A DNA stretch of 64,000 nucleotides, from the NCBI GenBank assembly GCA_026418015.1, contig JAOACE010000017.1:7514-71513 (forward strand), read 5' to 3'. The number at the start of each line of letters is the position of its first letter. The stretch's first letter is position 1. Positions 8,528 to 17,585 of the stretch are shown in pieces. The notes under the pieces were generated by a model that worked only from the letters and a program-made list of their open reading frames with translations, ran no database searches and had not been told where the DNA came from. Origin of the DNA: Leptospiraceae bacterium (GTDB taxonomy: Bacteria; Spirochaetota; Leptospiria; Leptospirales; Leptonemataceae). A program made the translations under genes and the position numbers.

Positions 8528-9816
8528 CAAGTCGTATATTCGGAATTTAATTTTACATAATCGTAGGTTAAATCGCACCCCCAGAAGCTATCACAAACAT
8601 TTCCTTGGTTTAAATCTACTTCGAAATATATTTCTTTTTTCTTCATTTCTTGTTCTAATAAACTTATATCTATGTTTTTAGGATAAAATTCTTTTTCGTT
8701 ACAATAAATCCTTAGGTTTTCTGTATCGAATTTTTCTTCAAAAACTTTACCAATTGCCATAATAAATCTTCCCCAATTTGGATCGCCTCCAAAAATTGCT
8801 GTTTTTATCAATGGACTATTAATAATCGAACGTCCAATCTTCTCTGCAATCGTCTGATTGGGGGCATTTAATATATTGACTCTAAAAATCTTTGTTGCTC
8901 CTTCTCCGTCAGAAACAATTTTTTTTGCTAAATTTAATGTAATTTTATAAATTTGTAATAAGAATTTTATTTCGTTTTCGTTAAGGGATGTTTTTTGTTT
9001 TAAAATAAAAGAAAGTTCCTCGTAGTAATCTTGTTTTGGATTATTACCAAAGTTTATAAATTTTCTAAAAAAATCAATATCGTTTAGCAACATTTCTAAT
9101 TTTTTTATATTATCTTGGGAATAATTCAATTTGATTCTGTTTGTTCCGTTTGCCATTATTACAAAGGTATCGCTTGTTGATGTATCCGAATCCACAGAAA
9201 TTCTGTTAAAGGTTTTATTTGCAATAAAGTGGGTCAAATTTTTTAGAACTAAGCTATCTATTTCGCAATCTGTAATAACATAAGCAAGCATTGTAGCCAT
9301 ATTAGGATGAATCATTCCAGCACCTTTTGCAAAACCTGTTATGGTAAATTCTTCGTTAAAAAAATCTGTCTTGGGATATAGATCTGTTGTTAAGATTGCT
9401 TCGGAAAAATTCTGAGGTTGTATGGATAAATAATCTTTGATGGATATACATGCATTTTTAATGGTATCTGGGTTGAGTTTTCTTCCAATAACACCAGTAC
9501 TAGAAGGTAATACATCTTTTTCGCTTATTTGTAATGCTTGTGCTGTCCAATGACAAGAATCATAAGCAAGTTTTAATCCTTCTTCGCCTGTTGCAACATT
9601 CGAATTACCAGAATTAACAATAATACATTGAAGCTTTCCATCTTTGATATGTTCTCTACCAACTATTATAGGATTACCAACAAATTTATTTCTTGTAAAA
9701 ACAGCTGCTGCATTTGCTCTATTTTCGCTAAAAATAAAACCAAAATCTTTTTTGTTTTTGTCTTTCTTAATACCTGCATGCCAACCATTGCAATAAAAAC
9801 CTTTGGGAACTATCAT
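8527..9816 (-). CDS. argJ: Bifunctional ornithine acetyltransferase / N-acetylglutamate synthase
   Basis: N-terminal GF.C.G.HAGIKK, AAAVFTRNKF, the autoproteolytic HPNMATMLAYV site, GGDPNWGR and the C-terminal NSEYTT are all typical ArgJ blocks. Confidence 0.93.
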   Translation of the reverse strand: MIVPKGFYCNGWHAGIKKDKNKKDFGFIFSENRANAAAVFTRNKFVGNPIIVGREHIKDGKLQCIIVNSGNSNVATGEEGLKLAYDSCHWTAQALQISEKDVLPSSTGVIGRKLNPDTIKNACISIKDYLSIQPQNFSEAILTTDLYPKTDFFNEEFTITGFAKGAGMIHPNMATMLAYVITDCEIDSLVLKNLTHFIANKTFNRISVDSDTSTSDTFVIMANGTNRIKLNYSQDNIKKLEMLLNDIDFFRKFINFGNNPKQDYYEELSFILKQKTSLNENEIKFLLQIYKITLNLAKKIVSDGEGATKIFRVNILNAPNQTIAEKIGRSIINSPLIKTAIFGGDPNWGRFIMAIGKVFEEKFDTENLRIYCNEKEFYPKNIDISLLEQEMKKKEIYFEVDLNQGNVCDSFWGCDLTYDYVKLNSEYTT

Positions 9817-9826
9817 AAATTAACAA

Positions 9827-9856
9827 ATTTCCAATGAAAAGAAATAAGATTGGAAA
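9827..9856 (-). terminator. AT-rich hairpin between the SpoIIE gene and argJ (weak terminator or attenuator candidate)
   Basis: ATTTCCAAT (9827-9835) and ATTGGAAAT (9848-9856) form a 9-bp inverted repeat with a 12-nt loop. On the minus strand it is followed by TTTGTTAATTT. Confidence 0.3.
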
Positions 9857-9905
9857 TCAAGCGATTTAATTAAAAGAAAATAAAAAATGATGGTGTTAAC
9901 TTTTT

Positions 9906-11228
9906 TTATAGCTTAAACATAAAAAAGGATACGTCATCTCTAATTCGTCGATTTTGTCTAAATTGTGTCCAATCTTTAAGTAATAGTTTTTTGTTTTTGT
10001 TTAATTCATCATCAAATTCTTTTAATACATCTGGTAATCTTGTGATGTACATTTCTTTATCATAATTCATTTGTTCTGTAATTCCATCACTACAGGAAAA
10101 AACAATATCGCCTTCTTTTAATTTAAAGGAAATTGGTGTAATGTTGATGTTATCGTGTATTCCAAAAAAACTTGTTCCTACTTGATTCGAAGAATTGATT
10201 TTCAATTGATGAACCTTACCTTTACGTTTTACCCAAATCAATCCATGGCCAAAATCATAAACAGAAATGATTTTTTCTTTTTTATGGACTATAATAAAAA
10301 CACCTGTTGCATAAAGTTCTGGGGATGTTGTTAAGATCAAATCTCGGTTAATGTCTATTAGCTCTTTTTGAAAGTTTCTTAGATTAAAAGAATTGGTTTG
10401 AAGCATTATTTCTAATTGTTTGTTAAACATCGATACAAATGTAAATACCATAGAAGATGCTTTTAATCCTTTTCCACAGACATCAAGTAAAACTACTAAT
10501 GCATAGTCGTTGTTGATTTCGTATTTATGAACAAAATCTCCTCCTGGTCCAAGAAGTAGTTTTATAAAAGATACATATTCTAACGGGTTTTTAATATTCT
10601 TTTCGTATTCTACAAAGAAATTTCCTAAGGAATATTGAGCTTCTTCTAATGCATCGAAATCTCTTTTTAAAAAAATGTTGATTCCTTTGAGTACTCTATC
10701 TACGGTAGATATTCCAAAAAATTTTCTATCCAATGTAACAACAAAAGGATCGAATCGATATTGTTCTGGTCTTTCCATTAAAATATCGCTTGCTTCGGAA
10801 AGCGTAGAGTAAGCATTTAAACATACAACATTTTCGTTAAAATAATCCTTAATTACTACATCTTTTCTAAAAAGTAGTTCTCTGTTATAACTATTTTCGC
10901 TTATAATAGACAAAAATGATTTTCTTGTAAAATAACCTACGATCCATCCAGATTCGTTTATAATGGGTAAATATTCAAGTTTAGGATGATCATGAAAGAT
11001 ATTATAAATAACCTGAGTTTGGGTATTTTCTAATGGTAGTTTGGAATAATCGTATCCAGTAAGTTCGCGAAGTTGGTTTATTTTTAGCGTTATTTTCCCG
11101 ACTTCATTTGCAGAAAAAATAGGAGGTGGGATTTCTTGAATTTCTAAAAATGCACTTTCGTCTATGATATGCTCTTTTTCGTTTTGTATTTCGAATTCAT
11201 CGAAATTTTTATTAATTTCTAAAATCAT
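9906..11228 (-). CDS. SpoIIE/PP2C-family phosphatase with an N-terminal CBS-like sensor region
   Basis: PP2C core: GPGGDFVH, LLDVCGKGLKASSMV, SCSDGITEQ, IRDDVSFFMF. The N-terminal half has two CBS-like repeats (GWIVGYFTRKSFL; KFFGISTVDRVLKGI). Confidence 0.75.
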   Translation of the reverse strand: MILEINKNFDEFEIQNEKEHIIDESAFLEIQEIPPPIFSANEVGKITLKINQLRELTGYDYSKLPLENTQTQVIYNIFHDHPKLEYLPIINESGWIVGYFTRKSFLSIISENSYNRELLFRKDVVIKDYFNENVVCLNAYSTLSEASDILMERPEQYRFDPFVVTLDRKFFGISTVDRVLKGINIFLKRDFDALEEAQYSLGNFFVEYEKNIKNPLEYVSFIKLLLGPGGDFVHKYEINNDYALVVLLDVCGKGLKASSMVFTFVSMFNKQLEIMLQTNSFNLRNFQKELIDINRDLILTTSPELYATGVFIIVHKKEKIISVYDFGHGLIWVKRKGKVHQLKINSSNQVGTSFFGIHDNINITPISFKLKEGDIVFSCSDGITEQMNYDKEMYITRLPDVLKEFDDELNKNKKLLLKDWTQFRQNRRIRDDVSFFMFKL

Positions 11229-11368
11229 AAACTACAAAAATAGGCAAAAAAAATTACAATTTAATTACATTTTATTATAATTTTTTTTAAATTGCATTTC
11301 TAAAAAACTATTTAAATATATGCTAAAAATATATTGACTATTTTTTGTAATGTATTTTTTTGTAAAGT

Positions 11369-11983
11369 ATGAAGGACTTAACACAAAAGCAAAAACAAAT
11401 ATTGGAATTTATAACGAATTTTGTAAAAGAGAAAAATTATCCACCATCTATTAGAGAAATTGCGGATCATTTTCAGATTACACCAAAGGGGGCTTATGAT
11501 CATTTAAAAGCCATCGAAAAAAAAGGGTTTATTAAAACAGAAAAAAACCGTAGTAGAGCAATCGAATTAGTTAAAACAAATACGGACGTAGACTTCGATA
11601 TGATAAAAATTCCCCTTGTTGGACGTGTTGCAGCTGGTGCGCCCATTTTAGCAGAAGAAAACATAGAAGAATATCTAACCTTTCCGCGTAGTATGATTCC
11701 TGCTAATTCTGAACGCGATATATTTGCTTTACGCGTAACAGGCGATTCAATGATCGATGCAAAAATTAACGATGGAGATATTGCAATCATAAAGAAAACT
11801 TCCACAGCAGAAAATGGAGATATTGTTGTTGCTCTTATTGATGATGAAGCAACATTAAAATATTTTTATAAAGAAAAAGATCACATTCGATTAGAGCCAG
11901 CAAATTCAAAATATAAGCCTATTATAACAAAAAATGCTATTATAATTGGAAAATTGATTGGTTTATACAGAAGGTTTGCCTAA
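11369..11983 (+). CDS. lexA: LexA repressor (SOS regulator, S24 autopeptidase)
   Basis: N-terminal wHTH (LTQKQKQILEFI..PPSIREIADHF), the cleavage site VAAGAP, the catalytic Ser in VTGDSM, and Lys in IAIIKK. Confidence 0.93.
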   Translation: MKDLTQKQKQILEFITNFVKEKNYPPSIREIADHFQITPKGAYDHLKAIEKKGFIKTEKNRSRAIELVKTNTDVDFDMIKIPLVGRVAAGAPILAEENIEEYLTFPRSMIPANSERDIFALRVTGDSMIDAKINDGDIAIIKKTSTAENGDIVVALIDDEATLKYFYKEKDHIRLEPANSKYKPIITKNAIIIGKLIGLYRRFA

Positions 11984-12025
11984 TTTGAATTGACAAATTT
12001 TTCTATGTAAAGTAAACCACATTAA

Positions 12026-12331
12026 ATGAAAGATGTTTACATCAGAATTTGGACGAAAAGAAATATTGACGAAGTCTCTAAACATTTACTTCTAATAGAT
12101 GATTTATATGGAATGTGTGCGAATTGTAAAGAACCAGGTTTGAATTTTGTAAAAGATAAAAAATGTCCCAAATGTAATACAGAGTTTAAATATTTAGCTA
12201 TAAGAAACAAAAACGAAATAGGAAAAATTCTTACTAGAATAGAAAAAGAAAACTTAAATTTATTCGTAATCGAAAAAGAGGATTGGGAAAAGGCGGTAGC
12301 AAAGAAAAGTATGGATTCCTTGTTTCAATAA
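12026..12331 (+). CDS. Small hypothetical zinc-ribbon protein
   Basis: CANC-x12-CPKC four-Cys ribbon. I recognise no other family signature. Confidence 0.45.
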   Translation: MKDVYIRIWTKRNIDEVSKHLLLIDDLYGMCANCKEPGLNFVKDKKCPKCNTEFKYLAIRNKNEIGKILTRIEKENLNLFVIEKEDWEKAVAKKSMDSLFQ

Positions 12332-13099
12332 TTATAAGAGGGATCGAATTAAACCACCATCTACTGCAATATTTGTTCCAGTAATATAACTTGATTCATC
12401 GGACAAAAGAAAAGCACCCACCTTGCCGATTTCTTCGACGGTTCCATATCTTTTAAGGGGAATTTGGTTTTCGAAAAATTTTCTAACCTCTTCTTGTGTT
12501 TTTCCTTCTCTATTGGCTATGGTTTGATCTAATTGTTTGATTCTATCGGTATCAATTCTACCTGGTAATAAACAGTTTAGACGAATATTGGGTCCCCATT
12601 CGCGAGAAAGTGTTTTAGCAAGAGATGTAATTGCACTACGAAATACATTAGAAAGAAGTAAGTTTTCGACAGGTTCTTTTACAGCAAAAGATGTAACAAA
12701 CAATATAGAACACGTTTTATCTTTGATATATGGATAAACAAGTTTTAATAATCGTATGGGATTCATCAACATATATTCAAATGCTTCTTGCCAATCTTTA
12801 TCGTGAAAATCTAAAAACTTTCCTGATGGTGGACCTCCATAATTTATCAATAAACCATCGATATGTTTTAAAATCGAAATTCCTTTGTTAAACCATTCTT
12901 CCACAGAAGGATAATTGGTTATATCAACACTTTTGTAGAAGGTGGAATTATTTTGGATTTGATTTAACTCTCTTTCTGCTTTTTCTAAATTTTCCGTAGA
13001 TCGACTTCCTATAAAAACTTTATTATTTTTATTTACTAATTCTTTTGCGATTCCAAATCCTATACCTTTACTTGCACCTAATAAAAAGTAGTTCTTCAT
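12332..13099 (-). CDS. Short-chain dehydrogenase/reductase (SDR) family oxidoreductase
   Basis: Rossmann motif LGASKGIGFGIAKEL, NYGGP, and the C-terminal ITGTNIAVDGG typical of FabG-like SDRs. Confidence 0.8.
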   Translation of the reverse strand: MKNYFLLGASKGIGFGIAKELVNKNNKVFIGSRSTENLEKAERELNQIQNNSTFYKSVDITNYPSVEEWFNKGISILKHIDGLLINYGGPPSGKFLDFHDKDWQEAFEYMLMNPIRLLKLVYPYIKDKTCSILFVTSFAVKEPVENLLLSNVFRSAITSLAKTLSREWGPNIRLNCLLPGRIDTDRIKQLDQTIANREGKTQEEVRKFFENQIPLKRYGTVEEIGKVGAFLLSDESSYITGTNIAVDGGLIRSLL

Positions 13100-13208
13100 G
13101 CTTGTTTTTTTATATTTTTATTCTTTTTTTGGCAATCATTTTTAGAATAAAATTAAAATCACTAAAAAATTAGATGTCGAACTAATTATTTCTGTTTAAT
13201 TTATTTCT

Positions 13209-14066
13209 ATGGGCTATCCGAATTTTGTTTTAATTGCGGAAGGAAGAAGCGCTATCGATGGTGGAGGAGTTAAATTAAAGCGAATTCTACCTATTTTTAA
13301 AGGCTATCGTCAAATATTCGAAATAAATCCTTTTTTATTATTAGATGAGTTTAAGATCGAAAACGAAGATGATTATAAGAATGGATTTCCCTTACATCCT
13401 CATAAAGGATTCCAAACAATTACTTATATGAAGTGGGGCTCCTTTCAACACGCAGATTCACTCGGTAATCAAAGTATTATACAAGAAGGGGGAATTCAAT
13501 GGATGATAGCTGGTTCCGGAATCCAGCATAGCGAAATGCCAATAATCAACCAAGATAAAAGAATTTGGGGATATCAGCTTTGGATCAACTTACCACAAAA
13601 ATATAAATATATTGAACCTTATTATAAAAACATCCAAAAAGAAGAAATTCCAGAATTAGAACTAGCAGAAGGAAATATTAAAATACTTTTTGGAAAAAGT
13701 AACTATTCCTCTGTTGGTGGAGTAGAAAATCCATACATAAAATTAAACTATTTTGATGTTAAAATTAAACCTAAAATGACCCTTCTATTTGATAACACAG
13801 TTGTTAATTTTGAAGATTGGATTTTATGTTATGTATATTGGGGAGAAATTATATTAACTTTAAAGAATGATAGCAGGAGAATAAAAAAGAATCAATTATC
13901 AATTCTAGAAAATGGAAATAAATTAGAAATCTATAATCCCACAGACGATGCATCTCATTTTTTGTTTTTCAACGCAGAAAAGTTAAACGAACCATTAGTT
14001 CGTTATGGACCCTTCGTAATGAATACCGAAACAGAAATTTTAGAGGCAATAAAACAATTTCAATAA
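13209..14066 (+). CDS. Pirin family protein
   Basis: Bicupin signature HPHKGFQTITYM, GGIQWMIAGSGIQHSE and C-terminal YGPFVMNT. Confidence 0.9.
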   Translation: MGYPNFVLIAEGRSAIDGGGVKLKRILPIFKGYRQIFEINPFLLLDEFKIENEDDYKNGFPLHPHKGFQTITYMKWGSFQHADSLGNQSIIQEGGIQWMIAGSGIQHSEMPIINQDKRIWGYQLWINLPQKYKYIEPYYKNIQKEEIPELELAEGNIKILFGKSNYSSVGGVENPYIKLNYFDVKIKPKMTLLFDNTVVNFEDWILCYVYWGEIILTLKNDSRRIKKNQLSILENGNKLEIYNPTDDASHFLFFNAEKLNEPLVRYGPFVMNTETEILEAIKQFQ

Positions 14067-14070
14067 AAAT

Positions 14071-14727
14071 TTAAACTTTTGATGTTTTTCTTTTCGATTT
14101 TAATTTTGTTTGGACAATTCTTTGGATTTCTTTTAGGTTTGGTACAACAATTTTATCCGCATAGAGTTCTATTTTACCTTGTTTAACAAGCGTCATCACA
14201 ATGTTGTTTACTTCGGCAACAGGCAAACCACACCAATTTGCTACATCATCTATGGTAGTTTGTAATGTAATGGAATTCATTTGCCATGCATTAGGATTAT
14301 GCTCAGATAACATTAGAAATACATCGATGACTCGTGTTGTATAGTCGTCTATTAAAAGATTTTTTAACCTTCTTTTTGCATCGTAAATACGCTTTGCAAA
14401 AATAATCAGGAGGTTGTAAACTAGTTGAGGATATTTTTGTATAATCATATTAAAATTTTCTTTGTTAAATTCCAGTAATTTTGTTTCTGTAATGGCGATA
14501 GCAGAGGCACTTCTCGGTTCTTCTTCTAATAATGCCATTTCTCCAAAAATGCTACCTTCTTCCATTACATCTAAGGTTTTTTGTGTTTTTCCGAATATTT
14601 TAACAATTTTTACTTTGCCCTTAACAATAATATATAAACTATCGCCGGGTTCCCATTCGCAAAAAATCATTTGTCCGGGTCTAAATTCTTTTCCAAACTT
14701 TTGAAACAAACCTTCCGAAGTATCCAT
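14071..14727 (-). CDS. Crp/Fnr-family cNMP-binding transcriptional regulator
   Basis: cNMP-binding barrel (GDSLYIIVKGKV, FGEMALLEEEPRSASAIA) followed by a C-terminal wHTH-like segment (TIDDVANWCGLPVAEVNNIVMTLVKQG). Confidence 0.8.
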   Translation of the reverse strand: MDTSEGLFQKFGKEFRPGQMIFCEWEPGDSLYIIVKGKVKIVKIFGKTQKTLDVMEEGSIFGEMALLEEEPRSASAIAITETKLLEFNKENFNMIIQKYPQLVYNLLIIFAKRIYDAKRRLKNLLIDDYTTRVIDVFLMLSEHNPNAWQMNSITLQTTIDDVANWCGLPVAEVNNIVMTLVKQGKIELYADKIVVPNLKEIQRIVQTKLKSKRKTSKV

Positions 14728-14728
14728 A

Positions 14729-15817
14729 TTATTTATTCTCCAATTGTTCTAATCGTTTTTGAGCTTGTTTAGATAACTCATCATTTGGTTTAATCATCAA
14801 TACCTTTTCGTAGAACAGTTTTGCTTTTTTATAATCCTTCATAATTTCGAATACAATAGCAACTTGTAGAAGTGCATTTTTGATAAATTTCCCTTGCGGA
14901 TAGTCTTTTAAATATTTTAATAAAAATTCTAAAGCAGCTTTATAATTTTTTAATAATATCAATAACCTTCCTTTTTCGTATAGAAAATATTCGATTATTT
15001 TGGGATCGTTTTGATAGTCTTTTGAATTCTCTAACTCTAGAATTAAATCGTAAGCATCTTTGATTTGGTTATTTTGAACAAAAACTTCTATTTTTTCTCT
15101 GAGTTCATCGACAGAAAATAGTTTATGAATACTTTTTTCTAACGAATCATTTTCTTCGATTGCTGGCATCTGAAAAAGATCATTGTCTACCATAGAAAGA
15201 CCTGTTTCTCGAATTTGTTCTTCTTCGTAAGCACTCATTAGTTTAGATACATAAGTTTCTAAGGAAGGAATATCTATTGGGTAGGTTTCTCCTTTACGTG
15301 TTTTTAATAAAAGCATTTCTGCGCGTTCTTTAAACTTTCCATTAGGATAATGATATAAATATTTTTCGAATACATATTGGGCATGTTCTAGATTCCCAGA
15401 CATATAGAATGATTCACCAACATTCATCAATTCATATTCTGGATCTTTTACTGTATCGACTTTAAGGATTTCTCTAATTTTTGAATGGATTTGTCTTAAT
15501 TCTTTAGAAAATACTTTGGACATCTGTAAAACTAACCTTGTGTTTTTAAATGCCATTTGTTGAAATTCATCTGGTCTTAGAATTACAATTCGCGCACCGC
15601 CAACTACTTGAGCTGTTTCTTCTCTGGGATATTTTCCTAATGTAGATTTTACACCAAAAAATTCACCTATCTTTACGTTGTATTTTTCTTCTTTTTCGCC
15701 ATCAAGAGAAGTATAAATAAGTATAACTTGACCAGATTGTAATAAATATATATAATCGCTTTTATCGCCTTCGAAATATATAATAGCACCTTTGGGATAT
15801 TCTTTTATTGTTGGCAT
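14729..15817 (-). CDS. cNMP-binding domain protein with a C-terminal TPR-like region
   Basis: N-terminal cNMP barrel (GAIIYFEGDKSDYIYLLQSGQV, FFGVKSTLGKYPREETAQV). The C-terminal half has TPR/YbgF-like repeats (AQYVFEKYLYHYPNGKF.., ALEFLLKYLKDYPQGKF.., AKLFYEKVLMIKPND). I chose ATG 15817, 2 nt after the upstream TGA, over the track's TTG 15823. Confidence 0.7.
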   Translation of the reverse strand: MPTIKEYPKGAIIYFEGDKSDYIYLLQSGQVILIYTSLDGEKEEKYNVKIGEFFGVKSTLGKYPREETAQVVGGARIVILRPDEFQQMAFKNTRLVLQMSKVFSKELRQIHSKIREILKVDTVKDPEYELMNVGESFYMSGNLEHAQYVFEKYLYHYPNGKFKERAEMLLLKTRKGETYPIDIPSLETYVSKLMSAYEEEQIRETGLSMVDNDLFQMPAIEENDSLEKSIHKLFSVDELREKIEVFVQNNQIKDAYDLILELENSKDYQNDPKIIEYFLYEKGRLLILLKNYKAALEFLLKYLKDYPQGKFIKNALLQVAIVFEIMKDYKKAKLFYEKVLMIKPNDELSKQAQKRLEQLENK

Positions 15818-15819
15818 AA

Positions 15820-17016
15820 TCAACCTAAATCTACTGGTAAAAAGGGGAATTCTACTATTTTCCCCAACTTAAAAAAAATTTGATTAAATCTCTTCGTAAA
15901 ATCTTTTTTAATTAGACGTAATTTTTTTTTGATCTTTATTTCTTCGAAAGGAATTTCTAGAAATTCGAACAAGGACTGAAATTCTTTGGAACCATAAATC
16001 GGCTTTCCTTTTATAACAACTAATAATATCGTCTCGAGGTTTATATTTTCTATAAAATTATAATTATTCGGAGAAACAATATCAAGAATGATAAAATTAG
16101 CTTCGCTGTTGTGCATCAACTTTTTAGAATCTTTTAGAAAAAATGCTTCTTTTGGGTTATCAAGAATCATTTTGAGTAACAACTGGTTGTCCGAAACATA
16201 CTTTTTCGCGAACTTTAACGTAGAAAGCAGATTCAAGCTACCATGCATTGCACTACCACTACCTAAACAAACTCGAATATCTTTTTCTATAAAATAATGT
16301 ATTGGAGCTGTTTTACCAAAAATATATTCATTTACTTCTGGTGCCCAAACGAAACTACAATCATATTTTTTTATGGTTTCTACATCTTTTTCTTCCAAAG
16401 ATATTCCATGAATTAGAACTGTATTCCTATCTAATACCTCTAGTTCTTCTAGGATTTTGATACTATTTTTACTTTCGCTATCGAAGCCTTCTGCTACGCG
16501 AATTATAAACGGAAGATGATTTTTTTTTGCATATTCGAATTCTTTTTTTATACCTTTCCCCCAATTTAAAGAATAACTTGCAGGAGAATGAGAAATTCCA
16601 AAATCATTTAGTATTTCTATGTCTAAGCTTTCTATTAGATCTTCGAAAACAAATTTAGGAATGGGATCTACAACAAAACTTACACCAGAAAGAATATTTC
16701 TATAAGAACCTAAAAAATATAAATCTTCTCTATCTAAGAGCATTCTTTCTTCGAACAGCTGGGAAGATTTTAATTCATTATCCCACATTAACCAATTATA
16801 GTAGGGAAAATTTTTTCCTTTATAGGGTAAATATGTAGCTAGTAAGTTATCGAAACTATTAATAAAAGAAGGTAGAATAGTTCTTCCGTGTAAGTTAATG
16901 TTTAAATCTGCATTTTCTAAATCTAAAAATATTTTATTATTTTTTACAAAAAATTCAAATGATTGTTTAATGATAGAAGAATCTACATAAGTACAATTAT
17001 ACAAACACCAAATCAT
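15820..17016 (-). CDS. Amidohydrolase-superfamily (chlorohydrolase/deaminase-like) protein with a degenerate metal site
   Basis: The layout matches ATZ/TRZ-type amidohydrolases (ILPSFINS.., LIHGISLEEKDV, FVWAPEVNEY, VCLGSGS). However, the canonical HxH after PGFIN reads S-F-D, and LGTD reads LGSG. Confidence 0.5.
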   Translation of the reverse strand: MIWCLYNCTYVDSSIIKQSFEFFVKNNKIFLDLENADLNINLHGRTILPSFINSFDNLLATYLPYKGKNFPYYNWLMWDNELKSSQLFEERMLLDREDLYFLGSYRNILSGVSFVVDPIPKFVFEDLIESLDIEILNDFGISHSPASYSLNWGKGIKKEFEYAKKNHLPFIIRVAEGFDSESKNSIKILEELEVLDRNTVLIHGISLEEKDVETIKKYDCSFVWAPEVNEYIFGKTAPIHYFIEKDIRVCLGSGSAMHGSLNLLSTLKFAKKYVSDNQLLLKMILDNPKEAFFLKDSKKLMHNSEANFIILDIVSPNNYNFIENINLETILLVVIKGKPIYGSKEFQSLFEFLEIPFEEIKIKKKLRLIKKDFTKRFNQIFFKLGKIVEFPFLPVDLG

Positions 17017-17151
17017 TAAAATTATTTTCGGTTTTATGTTGACTAATTATTGACTAGGATAAATCATAAAAATGATACGAATAGCTCTATAAATTTGTAA
17101 ATAATTTGCCGATCTCTATTTTTTTAATTCTTAATTAAACATTTTTTTGAG

Positions 17152-17179
17152 TTGACTAAAAAAATCTTATAAAATAAAT
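17152..17179 (+). promoter_or_regulatory. Candidate sigma70-type promoter of rpsT
   Basis: TTGACT (17152-17157), a 16-nt spacer, then ATAAAT (17174-17179), about 27 nt upstream of the GTG start. A strong AAGGAG Shine-Dalgarno follows. Confidence 0.3.
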
Positions 17180-17205
17180 GTACATTTAGATAAGGAGATA
17201 ATAAA

Positions 17206-17490
17206 GTGGCAAATTTAAAATCTTCTAAAAAAGATATTAGAAGAGCAGAAAAAAGAAGAATTAGAAATAAAGCTCAAAAGACTTATTTAAGAACGTTAAA
17301 GAAGAAGATCAATAAATTTTTAGAAGAAGGTAAATTAGAAGAAGCAAAGCAAACATTTAGAATTTATTGCAGATATTTAGATAGAGCATCTAGAAAAAAA
17401 TTAATCCATAGAAGACAAGCAGATAGAAGAAAAAGTAGAACTGCAATTGCTATAAACAAAAAAGAAAAAGAATTAGCACAAACCAAGTAA
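17206..17490 (+). CDS. rpsT: 30S ribosomal protein S20
   Basis: MANLKSSKKDIRRAEKRRIRNKA.. is a typical S20 N-terminus. GTG start is preceded by AAGGAG. Confidence 0.93.
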   Translation: MANLKSSKKDIRRAEKRRIRNKAQKTYLRTLKKKINKFLEEGKLEEAKQTFRIYCRYLDRASRKKLIHRRQADRRKSRTAIAINKKEKELAQTK

Positions 17491-17501
17491 TTATAAAATA
17501 T

Positions 17502-17577
17502 GGGCGATTAGCTCAGTTGGAAGAGCGCCTGCCTTACAAGCAGGAGGTCAGAAGTTCGAGCCTTCTATCGCCCACCA
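17502..17577 (+). tRNA. tRNA-Val (anticodon TAC), CCA encoded
   Basis: It folds by hand into a cloverleaf: acceptor GGGCGAT/ATCGCCC, D stem GCTC/GAGC, anticodon stem CCTGC/GCAGG with loop CTTACAA, T stem AGAAG/CTTCT with TTCGAGC loop, discriminator A, then CCA. Confidence 0.93.
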
Positions 17578-17585
17578 TTTCTTTT

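Noticed and set aside
17517-17585. The N-terminal 23 codons of the track ORF 17517-18005 (MEERLPYKQEVRSSSLLSPTISF).
   Set aside because: This stretch is the tRNA-Val gene read as protein. The YjbQ-family homology starts at ATG 17586.
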